Below, piece after piece: positions 1-11,613 of a stretch of DNA of 64,000 nucleotides. The stretch is from Elsinoe ampelina. Lineage: Eukaryota. Each line of letters begins with the position of its first letter. Positions within the stretch are counted from its first letter, which is position 1. Where the stretch lies: positions 2,062,919 through 2,126,918 of the forward strand of contig ML992503.1 of assembly GCA_010093995.1 (NCBI GenBank), written 5' to 3'. The notes below the pieces were generated by a model, which saw only the letters and a program-made list of their open reading frames with translations, was not told the origin of the DNA and searched no databases. Position numbers and translations under genes: made by a program.

Positions 1-428
1 TAGGTCTTATTCCTAACCTTATAGATTGCCTTAGTGCCTTTACTAGTATCTAGGGCTAGTTCTTTAGGCTTTATAACTGCTAGTATCTAGTCGATGTTAT
101 AAATTATATATCTAAGTATATCCTTTTTAAGGAGAGCTACCTTAAGAGTTAATCTCTAAGTATTATAGTTACTTCCTCTCTTAAGAATCTAAGTCTCGAG
201 CATTTTTGCTAATCTAGACATAATAATAGTAATTAGCTAAAGGCCTATTGATTTAATTAATGTAATTAGCTTGTTTAAGCCGTTTAAACCGTTTAATTAA
301 AGGGTTAATGCGGGCTACTGCAAGTGTTTGTCTTAATGTAGCTAGTCTAGAATTTAGTATAGGTAGCTTAGTAATCCTTTTAATAATAACACGCTTAATT
401 TGCTATAGCTTTAAGTACTTTTATAGAA

Positions 429-445
429 GCGCCAGGCTCATAACC
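429..445 (-). other. Primer-binding site complementary to the anticodon arm of initiator tRNA-Met
   Basis: GGTTATGAGCCTGGCGC directly follows the LTR on the minus strand. Its complement GCGCCAGGCTCATAACC resembles the tRNA-iMet anticodon arm, the PBS type used by Ty5 and copia. Confidence 0.8.
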
Positions 446-738
446 TGTTATAACTAGCAAATCGGATCGAGAGATGTGTGTTTTATTCAGAGAGTTACAA
501 TAACCGATTTATCTACTGTGCGTGCGCTGACTTATCAGTACCAGTTCTTCAGTACCAGAGAAGCTGTACTAGCCTTCCATTACAACATGACAAAGGTGAG
601 GCTAAGCTTTTGCGTTCGTTGCTTGTTCCCACGTCATCGGTTCTCCTCTTCTTCTTATTACAGTGCCAGGACCAGACAAGATTCATTCTATCTTTACAAG
701 GATTAAGATTGTAATTCTACTTCATCGTTTGTGTGACA
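446..738 (-). repeat. LTR (293 bp)
   Basis: Minus strand starts TGTCACA (738) and ends TATAACA (446), a transition-mutated TGTGACA, giving TG...CA inverted termini. AATAAA lies on the minus strand at ~482-487, about 35 nt before the LTR end. Confidence 0.75.
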
Positions 739-1013
739 GTGTCTATCCGCTGGTAATAGATGGCTCCTTTACGGAAAAAGGTCAGTCCTGGATTCTCTCC
801 TTGATGGGGACCTCTCCCATGGATTAGGATTGGGATACAGTAGTGCTTGGTTGTTTGCAGAAGCCATTCAACAAATCTACAGGCACCTTGGTCTCACAGC
901 ATATGCATCGCTGGCTTGAGGGGGATGCGGAACGTGATCTCATTCAAGTAGCGGTTCGCCCTTAGTGGCACGGAAATGCCTAGTGACCTCGTGCTGATCT
1001 ACAGAGTCCTTGT

Positions 1014-2483
1014 CTACGATTTGGGAGCATACCACTCCCACACCTTCCTGGAAAGACGCTGCGCTACTTGATCCAACCTCTCGAACCAGTCTGCCATCGT
1101 AATCACCGACAGACAAAGAGGCACATAAAAGATGATCCAGCCTCCATAACCGCGCCACCAACTGTCGACGACAGTCGCATTGACCCACGGCTGAATGTTG
1201 TTGTTCCACACCATAAAGATGACAAGAATGTGCATAAGGTATACCCCAAAGCTGATCTGCCCCAGATACAGCATGATGCGTGTCTCGAATGGCCAGCGGA
1301 GATATCGAGAGCGTTGAAGGCAGAAGATCATCAAGACTGAAGCCAGACCAGCGATGATCTGGACAGCATGCTCAATATCCCTTTCCTGTCTCAATTTTGG
1401 GGCTCTGCGTAGCCCGTGGTCCATCACTCCGTATGGCGAGAGGTATGACCAGGGGAAGTAGGCGTCTTGCGGCGCAAGCCTTGGAAAAGTGAGAGGCACG
1501 TGGTACATCCAGGCGGCAGCCAGGAACAGCGGGAAGACGAGCTTGTCTCGGTGTTTGCGGTAGAAACCGATTGTGCTGGTCGTTGACACCATCTTTTCGC
1601 TCGTAGTGACAGGAAGTCCGATCGTCTTGACAGGCTCGGTCATGGCCAGCGCGGCGCCGTACAGGAATTGGAGGACGTAGATGGCGTCCCAATAGACCAA
1701 GAAGGGAGTCGCGACAACAATCAGAAGGATTCGGCGCAAGGTTGAGGAGCGATAAGACATGGCGAGGTACATGAAGAGGATCATCGATCCCCGAAACTCG
1801 ACTGGGATTGTCCACATCTGATAGCCGAACCAGTCGTCATGATCTTTGTGGTACCCAAGAACGGGTGAGAATGGATTGGCGAGCCAGAGGAAGCACTTTG
1901 AGAAGAGGGAGAGTGCTTCTGGAACGCTCCGCAATGGCGGCGATAGACCTGATCCATTCGGTGCCAGTCCCAACAAGATGCAGAGCATTGTAAGGAACAT
2001 GGCGCAGAATACTGGTAGGAACAGCCGTAGGTATCTGCGGAAGATCGAGGACGCGAGTTTGGGCATGAGAATGCTAGCATTAGAAGTCTTTATGAAGCTC
2101 GCCGAGAGGGCGTATCCAGATATGACGAAAAAGAGAGTGACACTCGGCTTGCCCGCCTCCAGAAAGTTGTACTTGGGATGGTCGTCCAGCATGTCGAGAT
2201 GGTGATAGTTGAACACGGTCCATGCCGCCCAGCCACGGAGGGCGTCAAGGTATGCAGTGGCGCCACGCTCTTCGCATGTCGGCAAGTCTCCAGTGAGGAA
2301 CCGAGGTAGGACGAGTCGAGCAATCCAGATAAGCCAGCTCAGGGATGTCGACAGAATCTTCTTCCGTGGCTTCTGAATCACCAGCTCCTCGGCGTGGCAC
2401 TTCTCGTTCCAAATTGCATCGTTGGAGCCTTCAGAGTCGGCGTAAGGGGAGAGTGGAGTTGTTTCTTCTTGAGTTGCTGCCAT
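1014..2483 (-). CDS. Acyltransferase-3 family (OafA-like) integral membrane O-acyltransferase
   Basis: 489-aa intronless ORF with YLDALRGWAA, LFFVISGY, RRYLRL, WTIPVEF and LGQISFGVYLMH motifs and many TM segments. Confidence 0.85.
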   Translation of the reverse strand: MAATQEETTPLSPYADSEGSNDAIWNEKCHAEELVIQKPRKKILSTSLSWLIWIARLVLPRFLTGDLPTCEERGATAYLDALRGWAAWTVFNYHHLDMLDDHPKYNFLEAGKPSVTLFFVISGYALSASFIKTSNASILMPKLASSIFRRYLRLFLPVFCAMFLTMLCILLGLAPNGSGLSPPLRSVPEALSLFSKCFLWLANPFSPVLGYHKDHDDWFGYQMWTIPVEFRGSMILFMYLAMSYRSSTLRRILLIVVATPFLVYWDAIYVLQFLYGAALAMTEPVKTIGLPVTTSEKMVSTTSTIGFYRKHRDKLVFPLFLAAAWMYHVPLTFPRLAPQDAYFPWSYLSPYGVMDHGLRRAPKLRQERDIEHAVQIIAGLASVLMIFCLQRSRYLRWPFETRIMLYLGQISFGVYLMHILVIFMVWNNNIQPWVNATVVDSWWRGYGGWIIFYVPLCLSVITMADWFERLDQVAQRLSRKVWEWYAPKS

Positions 2484-3321
2484 GATGGAGGATTCCGGAG
2501 CGGACTTGTCGCTGTCTAATGAACAATAGAGTCATTGCTAGACATGGCTGGGGTGTTATACGGTACAGCACATCCCCTTGTTGCACGCTGCAGGATTGGA
2601 TAATACATGACCGTTAGGAAATGGAAACGTCTCAGGGCGTGTTTAGATACACATCTGTAGGGGGCCAGCCAGAAGGGCCATGGAGAGGTAACATCGAGTA
2701 GTGAAATCGCAGAGAGTATCTGCTGCGCGAACGACCAGGAGAGTAGGAACGCACCAAATAGCTTACCGTGGACACATTCGTGTGCCAGGGCTTGAAGGAT
2801 TAGTTCTTGAGGTCTGTGTTTCTCTGCACAGTCGAGCCTCTTCTGTTGACACCCTCCTATAGCATAGTCAAGAACGCGAGAGCGTGTAGAACGTTCAGTC
2901 GCGCCGTTGCCAAAACCCAGAGCTTATTTGTATAAACCGTTGAGAGAACACAGGGCTTGGATGGTTCCGCCGTTGAAGACGTTTACGCCCCGCAATTTGG
3001 TCAAGACAAGTCTCCAGAAAATGTATGGCAATTCTCGATTCAGAGGGACTTTACAACTTCCACCCCCTGTCGATCAACACCAGCTACGTCATACCAATAT
3101 CAACAAGCGGGCCGTGGGCCGTGTTACTCACCTTCCGCGGACTTCTGGCCAGGCAGGGCGAGATCACTAATCTGAATGCTGCTTTAGAAGCTCTGCAACA
3201 ATGATCCGGTGTCAAAGTCGCACGACAAATTTAGAGAGATTATTGAGCACTTGAGCTTCCCAATGTCGAAGAATTACATTACGCTGGCCCTGGTTCTCCA
3301 TTTCCTTGGCCGGACATCAAG

Positions 3322-3899
3322 CACACTGTGATCACACCTAGTCTGCGAGGGTAACACCATCCTCGGTCCAAACGAACGTCAACAACTACGAGCTCTCAGA
3401 CTTCGCGTCAGACATGGCTGCCATCCTGGATCACGAGAAGATTTCCAAAGCTAACATCATCGGCCACGATGTTGGTGGCGCGACTAGTCAAGCCTTTGCT
3501 CTCGCATTTCCTCGTCGAGTCAGCTCACTGATTTTGATGAACACCCCCATCTTCGGAACGTTCGTGAGACTCTCCAACTTTAATCCCTGAGGTGCATGAG
3601 TTTGCACGCTACACCATCTACCCATCAACCAGGTCAGCCAAAGAATGTCACCACTGGTACAATGGATTCGGAACGACACATACCGCCAGTCCATCACCGG
3701 ATACCTCGAGGCCTCATCCATCAAAGGCATGCTCCTAAACTACAATCAGAACTACCCCGGACCACCATATGGACGTAACATCAGTACAGAGGGCTTCGTC
3801 CTTCAGGTACCGACCCTCTTCCTTTGGGGTACCGAAGATCCATACTTCTCGCCAAAGTTGACGGACAATTTGCAGCCTTGGTTCGCAAAGGGTGTGCGG
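3322..3899 (+). pseudogene. Decayed alpha/beta hydrolase (epoxide-hydrolase-like)
   Basis: Fragments in shifting frames: HTVITPSLRG* (TAA 3352), DMAAILDHEKISKANIIGHDVGG (nucleophile motif 3462-3479) ending in TGA 3588, and QVPTLFLWGTEDPYF. The C-terminal His region is not recognisable. Confidence 0.75.
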
Positions 3900-4046
3900 G
3901 AAAATCGACGGGCACAAGATCAACAACCAAAAGCTCGACGACAAATTCGCGCCAGCGCGTAGCCTAGGAAAGCTCATGTTAACCTTACAATGCTGCAATC
4001 ACCCCTTCTATCCACAAATTCACACCCACCCCCTCATCGCCACCCA

Positions 4047-5040
4047 TCATGCACCCACCAACCACCTCCTCAAAAACTCCGTCTGCACACCCGCGTTCCC
4101 CTCAAAATTCCCCCCGGAATACCCATCAAAATGCCCCCCCTCCAACAAATTCAACTGCTTCGGCTCCCTCGCCCTCCCGTACGCCTCCAGCGCCAGATCC
4201 GTCGGCGTGAGCACATCCTCCCTCGCCACCGTCATGAGCAGCGGCGTCGGCGCGATATTATGGATATGCGCCGCCGGGTTGTACTCCCGGAAGGCTTCGA
4301 TGGATTTGAGCGTCACTTGGTTTTGCCAGGCGCTTTTCGCGGCCCAGGTGGAGAAGAAGGTGTAGCTGTCTGGGGTGGGGAGGGCAGAGGGTTTGAGGGG
4401 GTCGGCGTCGACGACGGGGAGTGTTGCGGGGGGAGCACCGGAGGCGCGGGCGAGGCGGTCTGGGTGCGGGGTGTGAGTAGGGGTGGAGCGGAGAGTGGGT
4501 CAGGGGGAGATGGGGGGAGATGTGTCATGTACCTTGTTGGAATGTGGCGTTCATGGCGGCGGCAAAGTCGGGTCGGACGAGTCTGTGCCAGTTCGTCCAG
4601 CCATCGACGCAGGGTACTTGGCTCAGCACGGCTTTGACGCTTTTGTCTACTGCGCCGACCCAGAGGACGTGCCCCCCACTGTAGGAGCTGCCCCAGATTC
4701 CGATCTTGCTGGGGTCCACGTCAGGTCGTGATTGGGCGTAGGTGATGGCGTCTTGGATGTCGCTGGTTTGGATGGATGGGATGATCTCGTGACGGTGTTG
4801 TCCTGGTCCGTGATCGGACGAGCCGAATCCCCGGTTGTCGAAGACCAGGCAGTGGAGAGGTAAGTTGGTAGTGAAGTGCAGGGCGAATGTGTTGAGGTCC
4901 ATCTCCTTGAGTGCGGAGAAGCCGTGGCACATGACGAGGCATGGTGCCTTCTGACCCGTCGGGACCTCACTGGAGGGAACGAACCATCCTCGAAGGGTGA
5001 CGCCATCGGACGTCTTGAACTCGATGTCTTGCAGGGTCAT
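4047..5040 (-). CDS. Alpha/beta hydrolase (peptidase S15 / af380-like family), 2 exons
   Basis: HGFSA, FDNRGFG, GIWGSSYSGG nucleophile, AREDVLTP acid and GGHF His motifs. A GT-AG intron at 4460-4532 joins ORFs 4525..5115 and 4047..4316. Confidence 0.85.
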
Positions 5041-5191
5041 CTTGAGAAACTTGTTGGGCGCTGTGGATTCGTCTTCCTGGCGAGTCACTGAAGATATGGT
5101 CTTTTCGACCCTCACAAGTAATGTACCGTCACTGGTAATTCGAAGTCACATTGCCGAAAGCCCGTGGGTTGTCATGTGCTAGGTTGAGAAC

Positions 5192-5204
5192 CCGAAGAAG
5201 CCGA
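5192..5204 (+). promoter_or_regulatory. Shared cluster motif CCGAAGAAGCCGA upstream of the hydrolase
   Basis: Exact reverse complement of 7944-7956, about 150 bp upstream of ATG 5040. Confidence 0.55.
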
Positions 5205-5802
5205 TCGTGCTGGCCTGAACGCACGACCGAGCATAAGCTTTCAGGGGATCTAAGTTTCGCAAGATCGTTGCACTGTCTCGGCTCACTAACCATCTCTCGG
5301 GCACGTGGCTGCGACACAGAGGGCCCTGATGCTTCTGCAGTCGTCCGGCCGGACCATTCGACCGACTAGAGTAGCCAGTGCAATTGTGGCGCACCTTGGA
5401 ATCCGGACGGCCGGTACTTTCTTTGACCCGAAATCTGGTGTCCAACCGTATTACTGGCTCTGTATGTCTTCAGGAACTCGTATGAGGGGGTTCTCCGCAT
5501 ATGCTGTGCCGGTCCCGAGCCTCAGTGAGCCGAACCTGATGATCACGAGGGTCCCTTTTCGTGAAAATCGAAGGCGAGAGTGTGGGACGCATGCTGTAAT
5601 GTATTGTGCCAATCAGTGCAGTCGGCACTTTTCGTCTAGTGGGGTGACTTTGTCTAAGGCATCAATGGTTGTCGATTGTGACTGGTGTGAAATATCTATA
5701 AGCTTGCTATCTCAAGGCCGATTCACTGGACCAAGGGTTTCGTGTACAGCAAAGACTGAGTATCGCGTCCAAGACGTTGCAAATAATTCATGTAGAAAGC
5801 AT

Positions 5803-7675
5803 TCAAATTCGTCCCCGATTCAGAAACTTGACGGGAATCTGGACATGTTTCGCCCTCAAATATTCTGCTAGATTCTTCCCAAGGACATCATATGTCGAGC
5901 TAGCCGCGACGCCCCTGTCCAGATGATCTTTCAGGAGGAAATGAACAGCTGCATCGCATTAGCTCTGCCATGTGGACGGATCATACATATTACTGACCTT
6001 GGATGTTTGGTAATTCGAATCGCTCAATTCTTCCACCATTGTAGTCATTCTGCAGCAGATGTCTTACCATATCAATCGAGAGCAAGCTGCGCAGCCAGTC
6101 GTATTCATCTTCATGGCGGACATAGAATCCCACATTACAGTCAGAGCCCTTGTCGCCAGATCGAGCATGAACGACGAATCCCAGGGGAGCGTTGACAGTA
6201 GGACCGTAAGCTAGGGATGTAAAGGTGACCTGACTTTCTTCGACGTCCTGCTCATATCTGTACGGAGTGGTATCTGCCGGCGATGGTATTGCGATCTTTG
6301 TATCTTTTGACGGTAGATGGGCAAAGTGCTTGATCTCGCTTTGTTCGATGATGGTCACGAAATACTCCAGATATGGCTTGGGGGCTGCTTGACGAGCATC
6401 AACTGCAAAGGTAGCCCCTGGATACGTGGACATGACAATGTTGAAGATCGGCCGAAGGAACTTTGCAGGAGATAGTGCCTCCTCATGCCTTGCTTGTGCG
6501 AATATGCGGAAATCGACGGTGGCAGCATCTTGCGAGCATGGATTGTCCTGACAGACGCCTGTGGTGGTGAATTTCAGTAGTGAAAATTGACCCTTGTCAA
6601 GAATGGTGCGGAGTTGTCGTTCTAGGAGAGACGCCTTCTCGGTGATATCGAGTCCGGTCAAGAAGTAGTGTGCTTCAGCCTGATACCCTCCCCGAGCGGT
6701 GATGCCAACCTTGGTAGTGGGCGGTGGCTTCTCGAAGCCCACATTGTGCACGAATACTACATTCTCAGCTCGCTCTTCAATGACGATCTTATCAACGATG
6801 GCAACCACATCCGAGTTGTAGTATCGCTTCCCCTGGAGCTCATACAACAGCTGACTGCGGCAAGTATCCCGTGAGACCTTACCACTCCGGCCAGGAATCT
6901 CATGTCTTCTGACCTCGAAGGTGCCATTGCCAAACACATGTGCGATGGGCAGATGAAGTAGTGGGCTGATCCCTTGGGGGAGATCCTTGAACCCAGTGAA
7001 GTTGCCCCCAGTGACGTAGTAGGAGCATTCCATCAAATGGCCAGCGATGAGGCTGTGAGCCAGTTCCGAGAATTGATCACGGGTCCATCGATGCCAAAAA
7101 GCAGCGGCCGCCATGGTGGGAGCTGCATCAGCAACACGACCGCACACCACAATGTCCGCACCAGCGTTGAGTGCCTCGACGATGCCCCAGCATCCCAGAT
7201 AGCATTGGGCGTAAATGGGCTCAAATTCCCAATCCGCGAGGAGCTGACCGGTGGTGATGTTTCGAAGAGGCTGACCGGATTTGCGGGATGCGTCGACAAT
7301 GCCCATTGCTTCATCTCCTTCGATCCAGGCGACAGTCAAGTCGAACCCCTTGGCTTTGATCATTGCGACAAGTTTCTGGTGCAGCCTCTCCGTATCTGAC
7401 GCTCCAGCATTGACGGCAAGACGTATTTTTCGATGAGCGAGGTGTTCCAAAGCTGGCTCTAATGACTCGACAAATTGATGCTCATAATTGGCGGTGTCAT
7501 CGTCGCTAGGACTGGTAGAGACCTTTGATGCACCTCGTATCGTCATGTTGTATTCGGACATCCAGTCTCCAACGATAAAATCAATCTCCGCATCTTTGGC
7601 GAGTATGGCGAGATTCTCGGGGAGATCAGTGACAGCCCCAGAGGCTGATGCTATTCTGACTGCGTGAGACGACAT
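5803..7675 (-). CDS. AtuA / DUF1446 family protein (acyclic terpene utilisation-like), 2 exons
   Basis: GDWMSEYNM, GADIVVCGRVADA, GHLMECS and ARSGDKGSDCNVG motifs. The last exon AVHFLLKDHLDRGV...DVLGKNLAEYLR ends at TGA 5803. An alternative in-frame ATG lies at 7741. Confidence 0.88.
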
Positions 7676-7893
7676 GGTGGTAAGCCTGGAGGTGAAGGTG
7701 GATGAGATGGCCGCAGAACCTTGTATGATCTTGTTGAACATTTCCAGCGAGGGGACTTAATCTTTGGCAGTGCCATTTCGAGACACGATGCAGTCTCCGC
7801 CATCCTTCTATAATGAGGGGCGGGCAAGACACCTTCCGGCCATGAGCTGGATGCACACCGGCTAGATGCACAGCTTGAGACAAGCTGGCGACT

Positions 7894-7956
7894 TCGGCTT
7901 CTTGATGCCCTCCAAGGCTCCACCCCGCATCGTTTCTATCGCTTCGGCTTCTTCGG
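7894..7956. promoter_or_regulatory. Two copies of TCGGCTTCTT in the AtuA/MFS divergent promoter
   Basis: Copies at 7894-7903 and 7944-7953. Confidence 0.6.
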
Positions 7957-8229
7957 CGTCTTGAGCAGCCTTCTCTCCTTGCCAAAGTTCGTGGCGTGTC
8001 TCATCGTTCGCACCGGTGGACCTAGCCCCGTGGGGTCGCAGTGTCCCCATGGGGTCTCGCATCACGTATCTCGCGCGGCTGCATTCCGACAGGGCTATAT
8101 AGGATCGTCGCTGAGTCTTCTTTATTCGATCACGATCTCTTGGAGTCTCTTACCACAGCACGCTTCTTATCATCTATCTTATTCCCTTGAACTTCACACC
8201 TCGTCTACCTGTCCCTTCCATCGACGACA

Positions 8230-10018
8230 ATGAAGGGGGATCAGGGTACGCGTTACAACTACGCCGTGATCTTCCTCGTAGCACTTGGGTCGTTCACGTA
8301 TGGCTTCAATGCCTCGATCATGGGTACCGTCTTCGGATTGACGTCGTTCTACTCATACTTTCGATTGGAGACGACGGGAACTGGGGCAGCTTACGCCAAT
8401 TCAATCATCGGAGGTCAGTCTATCTTTCATGCAGCGTTAGGGAGCACTACTGACGTACGTGGCAGCAACCCAAGGTCTTTTCAGCGCGGGCGGCATCGTC
8501 GGCTGCTGCATCGTGGCCTGGCTGGCCAACGCAGTAGGGCGGAAGCTCAGCGTTCAGATCATATGCACCATATGTATCATCTCGGCTGTTATCCAGTGCG
8601 CGTCAGTGCACATCGCTATGCTCTTAATTGGACGTTTCTTGAACGGCGTGGGGTCCGGTATGATCAACTGCATCGTACCCCTATACCAATCTGAGGTTTC
8701 TCCTGCACATCTCAGAGGACGTCTGGTAGGATCTCATGGCTTTCTTCTCGTAGTAGGCTACGCAGTTGCCGGTTGGACAGGCCTAGGATGCTACTTTGAA
8801 AACAACCCAGCCATCCAATGGAGATTGTGTTTGGCACTACAGGGTGAGATTACATCAGCTACAAATCCTTGTTTTCTCGTCATTCTGACAGAATCCAGTT
8901 GTTGGACCTTTGTTCCTTCTCATCGGCACATTACAGCTTCCCGAATCTCCTCGATGGCTTTTGAGCCGCGGCAAAGGAGACGAAGCTCTCACGATCCTCT
9001 CGAGATTACACCATTCCACGATCGACAACGACGATACGCTTGCCAGAAACGAGTTTGCGCAGATTGAAAGACAACTAGCTCTTGACGCCGAAATGCCCCA
9101 GTCTATTCTGCAGGTTATGAAGATCCCGTCATACAGAAAGCGACTGCTGCTTGGGCTTCTCATACAGTGAGTGGATAATCCTGTTGTTGACTACGCGACT
9201 GATCGAAATAGATGTGCAGCACAATCTACAGGCGTACTTGTTATCAATAATTACCAAGTGCTGCTCTACAACGGCCTCGGCTTGACAGGCTGGCTACCAC
9301 TGCTCTTGTACGCCATCTACGCTTCTTGGGCGGCGGTCCTGAATTGGGCTGGCGCTTTGATCGTGGATCGAGCGGGAAGGATCAAAATGCTGTCAATCGG
9401 AATTGTAGGTGTTGATTCATCATATGTCCAGTGGTGTCATGCTAACTATCTTGATAGACTGGCTGCGCTCTAATGGTCGCGTGTGAGACCGCCATGGTCG
9501 CTGTATACGGTGGAACGACCAACCGAATCGGCAATGGGTTCGGCGTCTTTTTCCTGTTCTGCTTCGTCACCTTCTACGGATCTTGCGTCGATGCGATTAG
9601 CTACATCTACTGCGCCGAGATATTCCCGACCTCACTTCGATCTCAAGGTGTAGCTTTGTCAGTCACGGGACTCTTTGCGATGAACCTAGGTATGTTACCA
9701 CTATTTGATTGTGGTTGACCTCATTACTGATCAAGTCCAGTCTACACACAAACCGCGCCAATCACATTCGCCAATGTTGGCTGGAGGTTTTACCTGCTTT
9801 TCATCATTGTACCACTAGTCTGTGTTCCGGTAATCTTGAAAGTCTGCCCGGAGACGAAGGGTTTGACTCTTGAAGAGGTTGGAGCTCTATTCGGGGACAA
9901 GGTCGCACCTGGTCTTAATGAGTCGAAAGTCGATCACGACGAGACGGTGATGGACAACAGGGCTTCGCTTGAGAAGCACAAGGTCAGCACATCTGCTTCG
10001 CGTATCGAGCAATTGTGA
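8230..10018 (+). CDS. MFS sugar-porter family transporter, multi-exon
   Basis: GRFLNGVG, PLYQSEVSP...RGRL, PESPRWL, AEIFPT..R and PETKGLTLEE signatures across successive exons with GT-AG introns. Confidence 0.9.
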
Positions 10019-10451
10019 AAAAGCGCAGTTGGAAAAAAGACTGATCGATCCATAGCTTTGATGATGGGGTCAAGAGAGATGCAGGGATAGAAGCCCGTAG
10101 ACAATGTGGCCATACATATGCAATACAACACACACACATGTTGAGATGCGTGGTTGATCATTTGTCCCCTCTTGAGCCCTTCTCGAAACCAACCGAATCG
10201 GTTGTTGGGCGATTGTATTCACACTTTAGGTACCAAGCGTCCAACCGCGAATGAACTGCAACCCTTGTGTTGCTGTAGTACTACATGCCATGAGAGACAT
10301 GTAGCCTTTGTTTCTCGTGAACAAAGGCAGTTTATGGGTATCTGCTTGAGATCAGCCTGCTATCATGAGACTTTCATCAGTTGTCATAAACATGAACCGT
10401 TGGTAATGCTGTTGCAAATCTTGTGCATGAAACGTCACTGACATTCTCTAC

Positions 10452-11363
10452 TCAATCCGTCACTACAGAACTCATGCCGTTGCTATTCCTAGCAAGACCT
10501 TCAGGATCTAACATTTTGACCAGATCATCCACCGCGTCAGCTTTCCGACTCGTGAAGCTCGCTGGTCCCGATGGACCGGCATCGTTCAGAAGGTCGACCA
10601 CTCTCCATCTTCGCTCAACATCGCAGACTTCAAGGATGGTGCCGCTCTTGTATGTCGTTGCATCCTCGACCAGTGCCAACATGGCATTTGCCACCTCTTC
10701 AGGAGGCAACAGAAAGTCCTTCTTCGTATCGAGATATCGATTTGCCTCGGGATGGTCGTGAAATAGAGGAGTGGCGACTGTCCCAGGAGCTACTGCCAAG
10801 ACACGGATGCCGAAGAGTTGCTCTAAAGGTGCCATGCCTCGAACGAAAGCGTTGATACCGTGCTTAGAAGCTGTGTATAACGGTGTGACAATCGTTGAGC
10901 GCTGACCTGCGATGCTCGATAGATGTATAATTGTACCGGGCTTGCGATCAGCGATGAACGAAGCCATCGCAAGCCGTGAAAGCTTGATCGGATGGACCAG
11001 GTTGATGTCGAGTACTTTATAACGAGATGAAGATTCGTCATCCAGGTCAGCCCAGAATGAATTCGACGAAGGCTCGTATACCCCGGCTCCAGGTACCACC
11101 AGGTCGGCGCTGCGCGAGAAGTGTTCCCGGCATGCATTGAGAGCACTTTTAAGATCTGCCCAGGATGTCACATCAGTTTTGTGAAAGTGGACGAGAGATC
11201 GGTCAGTAGGAGAAAGAGAAGCGAGCCATGCTTCGGCAGTCCTGTGTAGTGACAGATCGGCAATGACTACCCTGCAGTGCCGAGCTACCAGCAATTTGAC
11301 GAAGCTGAGATTAATGCCAGATCCGCCACCCGTGACCAGAGCGACTTTGTCGTTGACGTCCAT
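10452..11363 (-). CDS. Short-chain dehydrogenase/reductase (15-hydroxyprostaglandin DH-like)
   Basis: TGGGSGIN Rossmann motif, catalytic SS...YTASK, 303 aa, intronless. Confidence 0.9.
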   Translation of the reverse strand: MDVNDKVALVTGGGSGINLSFVKLLVARHCRVVIADLSLHRTAEAWLASLSPTDRSLVHFHKTDVTSWADLKSALNACREHFSRSADLVVPGAGVYEPSSNSFWADLDDESSSRYKVLDINLVHPIKLSRLAMASFIADRKPGTIIHLSSIAGQRSTIVTPLYTASKHGINAFVRGMAPLEQLFGIRVLAVAPGTVATPLFHDHPEANRYLDTKKDFLLPPEEVANAMLALVEDATTYKSGTILEVCDVERRWRVVDLLNDAGPSGPASFTSRKADAVDDLVKMLDPEGLARNSNGMSSVVTD

Positions 11364-11469
11364 TATCCTAGTATCCCATCAACAGATGTTGGTGTCCGGA
11401 AAGCTGCTAATTCCAATGCTTTGTACTTCGAGGTTCCAGACGACCGAGGAGGGTGGGGATACTTTTGGG

Positions 11470-11514
11470 AGAAGCCGAAACCAGCTCGGTCTCTTGGGCT
11501 CAAGTCGGCTTCTT
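11470..11514. promoter_or_regulatory. Inverted pair AGAAGCCGA ... TCGGCTTCTT in the SDR/cyclase divergent promoter
   Basis: Copies at 11470-11478 and 11505-11514. Confidence 0.6.
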
Positions 11515-11613
11515 TTGCAACGGTTGTCAACGGGCCGAAAGATACCTTGATGTTTTAGTCTGGGTATATTCCAGCGCATGAAAGACGGTTGGCCATTCGT
11601 AATATCCTCCGAA

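Larger units (their letters stand above)
1..738 (-). mobile_element. 5' end of a RIP-degraded Ty1/copia (Ty5/hemivirus-like) LTR retrotransposon, running off the window start
   Basis: Bases 1-~430 are AT-rich, full of TpA (tag/cta/tta) and lack long ORFs, as expected after RIP. They are bounded by an LTR-like unit (446-738) with an immediately adjacent PBS. Confidence 0.8.

Noticed and set aside
476..714. Short ORFs at 476-714
   Set aside because: They lie within the LTR, start at non-ATG codons and have no protein features.
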